Source of the DNA: Vitrella brassicaformis CCMP3155
Lineage: Eukaryota; Protista; Chromerida
Assembly: GCA_001179505.1 (NCBI GenBank)
Contig: CDMY01000625.1
Location: 1-40,834 of the forward strand
Direction: 5' to 3'
DNA: 40,834 nucleotides
The notes beneath the pieces are model-generated. The model was given only the letters and a program-made list of their open reading frames with translations. It did not search any database and was not told the DNA's origin. The translations under genes were made by a program, and so were the position numbers. This document shows positions 23,938-33,830 of this stretch, one piece after another. Position 1 is the first letter of the stretch; every line of letters begins with the position of its first letter.

Positions 23938-24612
23938 CTTAAGGAAGCAGCAGTAATTGACACATATAAGATGATGGCGCACGGCCTGTTTACTTTTGCC
24001 TCACCGGCATTGTTTTCAGCAGGCCTCGTACGTCAGCAGATAGCGTCTTGCTTCCTGGTGAGCACAATCGACGGGAGCTGTCAAGGTCTGTTGGAGACCG
24101 TAAAGCAATGTGCACAGGTCTCCCATATGGGTGGCGGCATCGGCATTGCCCTACACGACATCAGAGTTGAACACTCACGCCGAAAGGGCGACATGGGTAC
24201 ATTGGGTGGAGTGCTTTCGTACCTGTCGGTGCTCAACCCAACCATGCAGATAGCCGACCAATGCGGCAAACGCAAAGGGAGCCTGGCGGCGTTTCTGGCC
24301 GATCACCACATGGATCTTCCAGCCTTCCTGCAATTAAGGAAAAATCAACAACAAGCAGGAGAAGTGCGCGCAAGAGAAATCTTCACTGCGGCATGGATTT
24401 CTGACCTGTTCATGGAGAGGGTGAAGAATGATGCACAGTGGACTCTCTTCGACCCACTACAGGCGCCCGGCCTTGCCAATGTCTTTGGCAGGGAATTCGA
24501 GGACTTGTATCATCGCTATGAGCGAGAGGGGAGGGGAGGTAGGGTGATTGCTTGGGCACGATTGACTCGATTCTCTGACGAGTCACTCAAGGCCACCTTC
24601 TTCGTGACGTGA
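23938..24612 (+). pseudogene. RNR1: Intronless internal fragment of class I ribonucleotide reductase large subunit
   Basis: AAVIDTYKMMAHGLFTFASPALFSAG..QQIASCFL..KQCAQVSHMGGGIGIALHDIR..DQCGKRKGSLAAFL..RAREIFTAAWISDLFMERVKNDAQWTLFDPLQAPGLANVFGREFEDLYHRYEREG corresponds to the RRM1/NrdA segment from AAIETY..THASPTLFNAG to EEFEKLYASYEKQG. In-frame TAA at 23935-37 upstream; homology is lost after ~24550. No ATP cone and no NxCxE motif. Confidence 0.85.
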
Positions 24613-24625
24613 CTGCAGACGCTAC

Positions 24626-24808
24626 TGCTGCAGGGCTCCCCTGTTGAAAGTGGGACCACCCCTCCAGGACGGAGAGGGCTCCCCCAATGCTGATGCAAAG
24701 CTCCCCAGCTGGAGAAAGACCTCTCAGGAACAGAGAGGCCTCCACCGAGTGCTGCAGGGCTCCCCTGTTGAAAGTGGGACCCCTCCAGGACGGAGAGGGC
24801 TCCCCCAA
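24626..24808 (+). repeat. Subterminal ~60-bp direct repeat pair (24626-24687, 24750-24808)
   Basis: tgctgcagggctcccctgttgaaagtgggacc(acc)cctccaggacggagagggctcccccaa occurs twice and differs by a 3-nt indel. Confidence 0.9.
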
Positions 24809-24852
24809 ACAGAGATGGGGGAGGGGGGTCGAGAAGCGGGGGAGCAGGGGAG

Positions 24853-24878
24853 TGGGGGCGGGGGAGGGTACGGCCCCC
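24853..24878 (-). repeat. Right terminal inverted repeat
   Basis: Reverse complement reads GGGGGCCGTACCCTCCCCCG-CCCCCA. Confidence 0.85.
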
Positions 24879-24920
24879 ATACAATATTACAGCTTCATAT
24901 TCGCGGCGCCTCCCGAGGCG

Positions 24921-27900
24921 ATGGGGGCGCAAAAAGTCGAGAAGGCCGAAATAATAGTACTAGCATCTCCCGTCATGGGCATCATTCTTGCCGTCCTCCC
25001 TGGACTCCTCTCTGTCTGTGCCGCCCTCCCCCGGCTGAACATTGACCGAGTCCTGAGCTGCCGAGGGCCGCTGACGGACTGCCCCGGCGCCTTCGAGGTA
25101 CCGGCGGAGACCTTGTCGACGGCAACAGACTGCTCGGTGTTGGATGACCCGGCAGAGTGCGATCAGGAGCAAGAACCTGATGACGCGGATGCAGACGACA
25201 AGTTGTTGAGGGGGCTCGGGAGGAGGAGGCCGCAGGACGATCATGTGCCGTCAGCTGAGAAGTTCCAGCTGAAGCACAGTGTCCATCCAGTGCTAAGTGC
25301 GCCGAGGGTTGCGGTCGATTATGACGGCGATGGAGCGGAGGTCGTTATTCTTGACGTGAGCGGGAGGGAAGGTTCTCGAAAAGCGTTGACGGTCTGCCAT
25401 GGCCGCTTTGTGTCTATATGGTGCAGGGCGACCAATCCCACAGTCACGAGACCAACGCGTGAGCACATCACACACACGAGGGACAATCCCGTCACGCTGC
25501 GAGGCTTATGTGTTGCAGTGATGGTGCTCTGGTGATATCCCGTTGGCAGTGGTCCGTCAACAACACGACCATGTCTGACGGCAAGCGCGAGATCCACTCG
25601 GCCAGCCTGCCCCTCGGCCGTCACTGGGTGCGGCTGAAGGTGCACGACAGCTCACGTCCATCCAAGCAGGAGGAGGTCGGCACATATGTGGACGTCGTCA
25701 GGCCCGACAAGGTGCCTGGCGTACAGGTGTGGCTCTACTCGCCCAACGTGGCTGACAACCCTAGCATTGAGAAGGTGAGAAGGAGCGGACGCAAGCAAGC
25801 ACCATGGCAGCCCGCTGAGTCTGTCCCTTGGTGTTTTTCCAGATGCTGCACAAGAGCCCAGAAGACCTGGCAAAGGAGCTCACCCCTTCCTTCGTCGGCA
25901 AGTCCTTCACGTCTTTCTCCATCCCAGTGGACCAGAAGAGCGGCAACCTGGCGGGCTCAGGGCTCAGCAAAAACGTCATGGCCAACGTGCGCGCCAAAAT
26001 TGTGCTGGACGAGTCGATCAACCCGGATGGCGAAGTCACAGTGGAGCTGCCTGGCGTGACCAAGGCCGCCATTCTGATCAACGGTTTGCCGGTGAAGTCG
26101 GGCGAGGCCATCAGCCTGCCCACCAACACCACTGCCGACTTCGATGTGAGGTTTGGTCTGAGTGATCGGGCGACTGACGTGCCGTCTGTGGAGGTCAATA
26201 GGAAAGCAGTGGAGGCCTTCGCTGCCGACGATGTCGTCGCTGACGGTGTGCGTGTGTTCCACGACGAGACGGCCATGAAGCCCCACATCAACGCCATCAC
26301 GCCCAAGCACGCCCCTGTGGGCGAGACGAAATCCGTCACCATCACGGGAGCGGGCTTCATCATGCCACAAGACAGCAAGGCGCTGCGCGTGGTGATCGGG
26401 GGGCGCAACGAGTCCCTCATACCCACCCAAGTGTCGCCGACACGCATCAAAGTGGACATGCCGGCGACACATGCCGAGCACACCTATGGCGTCAGCGTGG
26501 CATCGTCGCGGGGCAATTCCAACTGGGCCGAGTTCAAAGTCTCTGCTGCCAGCTCAAGCATGCCCGAGATCAAGTTCCACCCACCTACGGCTATCCGCAC
26601 TAAGGCCCGGCCGACTGCTGGTGCTTGGGGCGTTGACAACCGCTTCTACATGGGAAGCATGGAGGGGCTGATAGAGGTGAGTGGCTGATGGGGGGCAGGC
26701 AGAGCAGAGCAGTGAAGTGAAGTGGCACACAGATTGGGTGGCGCATCATGGTGTGGGCAGGTATATGACTTCGATATGGACTACAACGTCAAGAAGAAAC
26801 AGACGCTGAAGGTCATTGACGAGAAGTACCCCGGCGACACCATACTCGGCATCAGGGCCGACCCTTACAGCGACCCCGAGAAGCAGCACCTGTACGTCGC
26901 CCACTCCAACCTGGGCGCAGCGGTATGCCACCCACCCACACAGAGCGTCGGCTCACACCATGTGTTCATCCATCAGGGGGGCAATGACTGCGAGGTCACG
27001 AAGAAGCACGGCATGGTCTTCCCCGGCCGCATCAGCCGCATCACCGGGCCAGACTACACCAGAATCGAAAAAGTGGTGACCAACCTGCCGGCAGCCAACA
27101 AGGGAGGGCTTGGACCAAACGGCATCGACTTCGTAATGAGCAGCACCTCCACACACAAATGGGGGCAAGAAACACTTGTGTGTGGATGTCTCTGTGTGTG
27201 TGTCAGTCGCTGGATGGCGACCTCTTTTGGGCTCAGGCGTCCGTCGGCAACGGCGGCCCCCCCGTGTGCTTTCTCGGCGGGCTGCAGGACTCGCCCCTCA
27301 CCGCATCCGTCAACAGGGCCCAGTTCCGCCGACCCGACTACACACCGGATATCGACTACGTGTGGAAAAACACCACCGGCATGATAGCCAAGGGGCTGGC
27401 GAACAAGAGGGCACCCAACGACCAGCGTGAGGCGTCCAGCTACAGCATCGCTCCTTGGGTCAAGGGCATCGAGTGGTACGCCGCCGGCTTCCACAATCCA
27501 TTCTCAATCGTGTGGACGACTGATGGCGAGTTGTGGACCACCACCAATGGCCTCACTGGCGGCAACGCTTGGGACACCACACAGATACCCGAGTACATCA
27601 AGCGCATGCAGGAGGGATCCTGCGCATGGCCTGAGTGCCAGCCGCCTGCCAAATTCAGGAAATCAGTCGACAGGGTGGGTGGGTGCGTGGGTGGCCGGGG
27701 CGGAGAGAGAGAGAGGTGCATCCACTTTGCTGCCATGGCGTGTGTCGTGTGGTGATGTGTGGTGATGTGTGCAGGTGACAGGCCCGCTCAATTACAAGGA
27801 CTATGGGGGGTATCCCAACCCAGCGAGGGCACTGGAGGGCGACGAGCGGCAATGGTACTACTTCTCGGCTGCCGACCCGCCCAACCCCATGATATACAAA

Positions 27901-28742
27901 CAGGGCTTCGCCGTCGACTCGTCCGTCAACGGCATAACCGAATTCAGAGGTCAGCAAACAAACCAGACGCACAGCAGACGCCCACGTCACCATCCCTCCT
28001 CTGTTTTCGTGCAGGCAACTGTTTCAATGGTCAGCTGAAAGGCGACCTCCTCGCCCAGCAGTGGGACAAGAAGACCTACCGGCTGGACCGACCGAAGCCG
28101 GGCGAGAAGCGCCAGACCACTTTATCCGTCCTGACGGGGAAGCTCAAGGGGCTGACGCTCAACTATGGGCCGCAGTGTGCGGTGATCAGTGTGGACTTCA
28201 CCGCCTTCAGCATCAAGGTCATGCGGCCGGACGATGAGGCCGCCAAGAAGACTGACCAGCCACTGGTGCGCTGCAGACGAGAGGCACATGCCAATGCCAT
28301 TCATTGCCGTGGATTGGCCTATGTGTGTGTGTGTGTGTGTGCATCAGGTGTACGACATCAACCGGTGGCGTGCCAGCCCCGAGTATGACCAGACGCTTCA
28401 CATTGGGGGGGCAAACTTCAACAAAAAAGGGAGGAAGGCCACCAAACTCACAATCGGCGGACGGACATGCGACATCAAGACCCAATCGGTGCCTTACCTA
28501 CCGCACAAACACACACACACGAGGGCGGCACATCTTTCCTTGTGGCTTGCTGTTGTGCGTGTCCGCAGGATGGCGAGATCCGGTGTGTGTTGCCATCAGC
28601 AGCGAAGGGTGACTTCCCGCGGGGCTTCCAGGCGATCGATGTGTCGTTTAGCGACGGCACCAAGGGACACCTCGACGACGCCTTCATCTACCTCAAGCCA
28701 GGGATGGGGCTGGAGAGCAACAGAGACACCAAAGACGGCTAG
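24921..28742 (+). CDS. Large secreted protein: PKD-like + IPT/TIG + glucose/sorbosone-dehydrogenase-like beta-propeller + IPT/TIG
   Basis: Signal peptide MGIILAVLPGLLSVCAA (alternative ATG 24975); DYDGDGAEVVILD..WQWS..LPLGRHWVRLKVHDS (PKD-like); PHINAITPKHAPVGETKSVTITGAGF (IPT/TIG); PTAGAWGVDNRFYMGS, ILGIRADP..LYVAHS, PNGIDF|SLDGDLFWAQ, YAAGFHNPFSIVWTTDGELWTTTNG, YGGYPNPAR (propeller); QTLHIGGANF..LTIGGRTC..EIRCVLP (second IPT). Stop at 28742. Confidence 0.75.
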
Positions 28743-29322
28743 GCAGCCAAACCAAGGTGACCGGGCATTTGTCGGTAGGTTCGTTTCGTGTGTGGTCCAT
28801 ATGGCGTGGCGTATATCCGATGACAGTGCAGAGGGCACCGGTGCATGTGATGCTGTGTGTGGGTACATATGTGCCTGCCCGATGGCAGAGGGATGAGAGC
28901 CGAGCTGCTGGGACGTGAGGTCAGTGACGTGTGTATACATATCGTCGTCAGTGTACTGTACATATATATTGGGAGTAATTCATCGGGGAGGGGAGTATAT
29001 TTTTCAGTGCAAGCAACAAAACAAATTGGTGCCTTGACTTGACAGCTAGGGTCTCCTGCCATATTGTATCCCTGTGTGACGTGGGGTCTTGCTCTCATTG
29101 TTATGTCTTGCACCTGGGTCTTGCATCAAGCAGCCTAAAGAGGGCAGGCAGATATTCACGTGCATGCAAAGGCCAAATCGACATATTGCGCCTGAATGTC
29201 CTCAAGGAAGGAGCATATCCCGATGGTAGCGCTGATTTGAGCGCTCGGCAATGAGTGGAATCTTTCGAGCGATCCAACCGCGAGCTTGCGCGCAAAAAGA
29301 GAGCGCCGCTCGGAGCGGCAGG

Positions 29323-30063
29323 ATGGAGAAGCCTCACGTGCGTGTCGGCGTGGGAGTGATCATTCTCCGGGAAGACAAGGTGCTCGTCGGCAAGAGGTAA
29401 GCAAACACGCACGCATCTGAAGCACACATCTTTCCATGCTCCTCCCCTGCTCCTCGTGTGTGTGGCCTCTCCGTTTCGTGCAGGAAGGGCGCACACGGCG
29501 CAGGTTAACACGAAGGATGCACGCCGATGCTCCATTCCTGGAGCATGAATGTGCTGACTGCTGCCCTGTGTCCAGGCAAGTGGCAGTTCCCCGGCGGTCA
29601 TCTGGAGTTCGGTGAGGACGTCATTGACTGCGCCAAGCGGGAGGTCAAGGAGGAGACTGGCCTGGAGATCTTCCACTCTCGCGTCGGCCCTTACACCAAT
29701 GACAAGATGATGACAGGTCAGCAATTCATCATCACAATGGTTGATGGCAGTGCCCAGCTTCTGCCTGTCTGCACAGAGAACAAGCATTACATCACCCTCT
29801 ACGTCATCGCCCTCTCACCGCCAGGGCAGCCAGACCCACAGCTGCTCGAGCCACACAAATGTGAAGGATGGTGAGATGACCAACCACATAGACAGACACT
29901 CGAACGATAAGCTCTCCTGGTCGATGGTGTGTGTGGTGTGTGGGTGTGTGGATGCAGGCGCTGGGTTGAGTGGCCTGAGCTGCGGCAGCTGGAGCCTCTG
30001 TTCACTCCTATCCTGAACCTGATGGACCAGGGCTACTGTCCCGAAGAGCTCATTGAGGCGTGA
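29323..30063 (+). CDS. NUDT15: Nudix hydrolase, NUDT15/plant NUDX1-like
   Basis: [25 protein letters not shown]|KGAHGAG|[29 protein letters not shown] (Nudix box GX5EX7REUXEEXGU)...KHYITLYV...LEPHKCEGW|RWVEW...PLFTPILNL...EA*. Confidence 0.92.
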
Positions 30064-30602
30064 CACAGGCACATCATTCATTCATCAATTCATCCGAGGG
30101 AGGCTCGAAGGAGAGGGCGATGAGTAGTAGGGAGGGAGGGGCACGTAGGTAGGTGTTGGTAGCCGAACGGACAGACAGCGGATGTTGTAGGAGTGCGCTG
30201 AGAGGACCTTCTCAGACTTCTCGGTTGTACAGGGCTAGTCGACGACTGTCTAGCGCTTTTTCTCGTGCATCTGTAGGCGATGGTGTATGCATTTTCACCA
30301 GGGATGAAGGGGGAAAAAACACCACGCTTTCGAGACTGGGAGACTGCAGGGTTTGTAGGGTTAAAAATATGAGAAAACAAAAACAAAAAAGAGGTTCCCT
30401 CCTCCTAGCCTCGTTGTCGTGGGCGCTGCCCGCTTGCACTCCACCGTCATTATGTGAAGTGCAAGCGGGAGAAAGAGCAATCCACAACCCCAAGGCCAAC
30501 GACGGCGGCGGCTTGTGGGACAACGAACTACTCTCGGAGTTGATATTCTTCGACGAGGAGACGGGAAAGGGAGTCTGGGCGGCTGCGGCAGAGGTCATCC
30601 AC

Positions 30603-33014
30603 ATGGCCGGCGAGGAGCCCGCGGCAGCGGCAGCTGCTGCTGCTGCTGGTGGCGGTGGGATTCCGAAAGGTCACCCCGCCGCAGAAGTCCATCAAGGCCA
30701 CACCGCCGCAGAAGTCCATCAATCCCAACGACACACGCGTCTCGCCCGGCAGCGGGGGCGGGATTGGCCGCGGCAAGCGCCACAGCAGTGGCAGCGGTCC
30801 CTGGGAAAAGACCAACACGGGTGCAGTGGGTGGCACTCAGACGCCGTCTGACGGTGGGGAGGGGGACAGGGCCGAGGGGCGACGGAAGACCAAGGGACGC
30901 GGCGAGGAGCCCGGGGCAGCGGCAGCAGCAGCTGCTGCTGGTGGCGGTGGGATTCCTGCGTCCATCCCAAGCGAGATTCCAAAACGTGAGGAGAGGGAGG
31001 AGTGGACGTGCATCTCAGTGAGTGCTGCATCGGTCATCGTACGTTGTGTGGGTGTCTGTTCAGCTCTGTGTGACGTGCTCCGTCGCTACAACCTGACCGA
31101 CATGATCATGACGCCGGATATCGTCACCTACATCAGCCCAATGGTCAGCGAGCCGCGAGACCCTCACACAGATCAGATCAATGCTCACACGTACACACAG
31201 ACAGATGACCGGTCTGTCTGTCTGTCTGTCTGTCTGTATGTGTGCAGACCATCAGCGACCTGGAGGACTTCATCGACGGCAACCTCGACGCCAGCCTGGA
31301 CCCGGAGATCCGCAAGGAGATCGCCAGAGCCCTCAACGTCGCACTACAGCAATCTCACCCGCAGCACAACAATGGTATGCACTCCACGCGTCACACCAAC
31401 ACTCCACCAGCACGGCGCACACACACACATCCTGCCGTCTCCCTCCCTCTTCTGTAGACATCGCCTCCGGCCCTTCCACTGACTCCTTGACGGACCAGCA
31501 GCCCGGCCCCTCTCCATCGGCCGCCCCTTCGTCAGGCACCAACAGCCCCAGGGTAAGAATCGAGACCTCACGCACACACACGACCAACACACCTCTCTTC
31601 TCCCATGTGTCTGTGTGTCAGGGTCGCAAGGGCAGCAGCGGTGAGGTCGATGAGCCATCCCCGCAGGCCGACGAGGACTTCCAGGAGCCCAAGGCAGCCG
31701 GCAAGAAGTCCCCCACAGGCACCGGTGCGGGTAGTGGCGAGATGGTCGACTCTGTGTCCAAGGGCACCACGCCCGTGGGCGCCAACACCAATCGCGAGGC
31801 CTCCAGCCGCCTCAAGTCGATCCTCAGTGTGGGCAAGGAGGAGCAGCCAGCTTCAGTGGGCGAGAAGGAGGGGAAGCCCGTGCGAGAGGCAGCGCCGTGT
31901 TCGTGAGGAGGAGGAGAAGCGGGAGCTGCCGCGGCTGCAGGGACCCAACTCGTATGCGTCAACTGTGGTGAGGGAGGGAGGGAGGGAGGGAGACACACAC
32001 ACAGACGTGTGTCTGAGAGAGTCATGTGTGTGCGTGTGCAGGGCGGGAATGTCTATGGCATGGATCGTGAGCAGGGATTCAGTGCAGTTGGGGGAGTGGG
32101 TGAAGAGAAAGAGCCGCTAGATAGAACACACGCTTGTCGCCTTCCTGCACTCCTTTGCTCAGGCCGTGACTGCGACAGCGACCAAGATGGCAACAAGCTG
32201 GCGGTGGGTGAGAGCTCATGGGTCGCGTCCGTGAAGAAGACCAAGGATGAGCAGTAAGTTTGCATGACACACAGTATACAACACAGCACACTGTAACACG
32301 ACGTCGTTCTGTCTGTCTGTCCGTCTGTCTGTCTGCCTGTGCAGGGACAAGTCTGAGAAGGTGTTGCGTGCGTTGAAGGAAATTTTGAACGACCTGACCA
32401 TCGAAAACTTCGACCAGCTCTATCAACGGGTGGCTGACGTCATGCAGCGCTACCACCTGAGCAACACGCTCATTTCGCCGGACACCCTCACCTACGTCAG
32501 CTCATTGGTCAGGGATACGCAAGACCCACGCACACGTATCAATGCTCACACGTTCAGACAGATGGCCGGTCTGTCTGTATGTGTGCAGACCATCAGCGAC
32601 CTGGAGGAGTTCATCAACAGCAACGTCGCCACCCCGGTAGCCGCGTGGAAATCGGAGATCGCCAGAGCACCCCACGACGCACTGGAGCAAACTCACCAGC
32701 AGGACAACAATGGTACGCACCGGATTCCACGCGTCACACCGACACACCACCAGCACGGCGCACACACACATCCTGCCGTCTCCCTCTTCTGCAGATATAC
32801 CCTCCCCTCTGCTGTTATTCCGCACCGACCTTGGACTATGTCTCTCTTGAAGGAGGTGGGACGCACTTGTCACCCTCTCACCAAGCTGACAAGTATATGA
32901 GGCATGTGAGCGTGTGCTGTGTGGTGTGTTGTATGTGTGTGTAGGGTCAGCTGTGACGATTGGCTGATATCGGAGAGGATCGTGGTCGAGCACTTGCCCG
33001 CTCGACATGTCTGA
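30603..33014 (+). pseudogene. Rearranged, internally deleted paralog of the neighbouring USP gene, containing an eIF4G H1/MIF4G-start fragment
   Basis: 30690-31550 is near-identical, introns included, to the reverse complement of ~37770-36930. The last exon (32945-33014, WVSCDDWLISER) matches the USP last exon WISCDDRLISEK. No Cys or His box seen. There is a +1 G at ~30766 and a -1 nt near 31010 relative to the USP copy. Confidence 0.7.
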
Positions 33015-33830
33015 TTGCAGTTGTTTGATTGCAGTGGGGGAGGGGAGGGGAGCACCGGGGGGCCGGGTATATAATTACATAAGCCATACACAGTTGTGCG
33101 TACGCCGCCGCTACCGACGCTATCGACTCGACAGACCAGCACACACACACAACTTTGGGCAGGCAAGGCAAGATGATGGATGGGACGCCGTGCGGTGGGT
33201 GTGGGTGGATGGGGCGCGGGAAGTGCTGATGGACGACATCTGAGTGAGCCCGTGGACAAGGAGTGACTGAGGGAGGGGAGAGATCGCTGCCTGCATTTTA
33301 TATACCAAGGAAGGTGTTTTGATGACCCCGCATTTGCCTTGTTGATGCCATGACTACGATTGCTGCCTGCATTTTATATTTCCTGTGTGTGGATCTTTGG
33401 CAATGCTGTCATTCTTGACCTCAACATGAATCAAACTTGTCAGGCCGAAACATTAGTGAGTTATACGCATCCAACCAAAGCAAAGAGAGAAAAACACAGC
33501 CAGACACCCAGATCTCAGCAAATAGCACAAGCAAATGGCACAAGTCTACAGCAAATAGACAGTCCTAGCTCAGTCGTGTTTACAGCACACGGACACACGC
33601 ACACACAAAGGCACACGCACACACGCACACTTCCCGGTGCTGTCCTTCCCCCCCTCTCCTCCCCTCCCCGCCCCAATGCAATCAGACACGCACACACAGC
33701 CACACCGACAGGCAGGCAGGCACCCATGCAATTAGTCAGTCGCTCAGTCACTTGCTCCCTCCCCCCCGCCCCCCCCGCCCTGCGTGTGGGTGTGGCTAAC
33801 CTAACTAAGGGTGTGTGTGTGTGTGATAGA

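Larger units (their letters stand above)
20548..24878. mobile_element. Putative non-autonomous TIR DNA transposon (Pack-type, 4331 bp) carrying captured genes
   Basis: GGGGGCCGTACCCTCCCCCG at 20548-20567 is the exact reverse complement of 24859-24878. AT lies immediately outside both ends (20546-47, 24879-80). Similarity continues inward (CCCCCA, TCTCGA.CCC, TGGGGGAGCCC) but not outward. No transposase ORF recognised. Confidence 0.7.
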
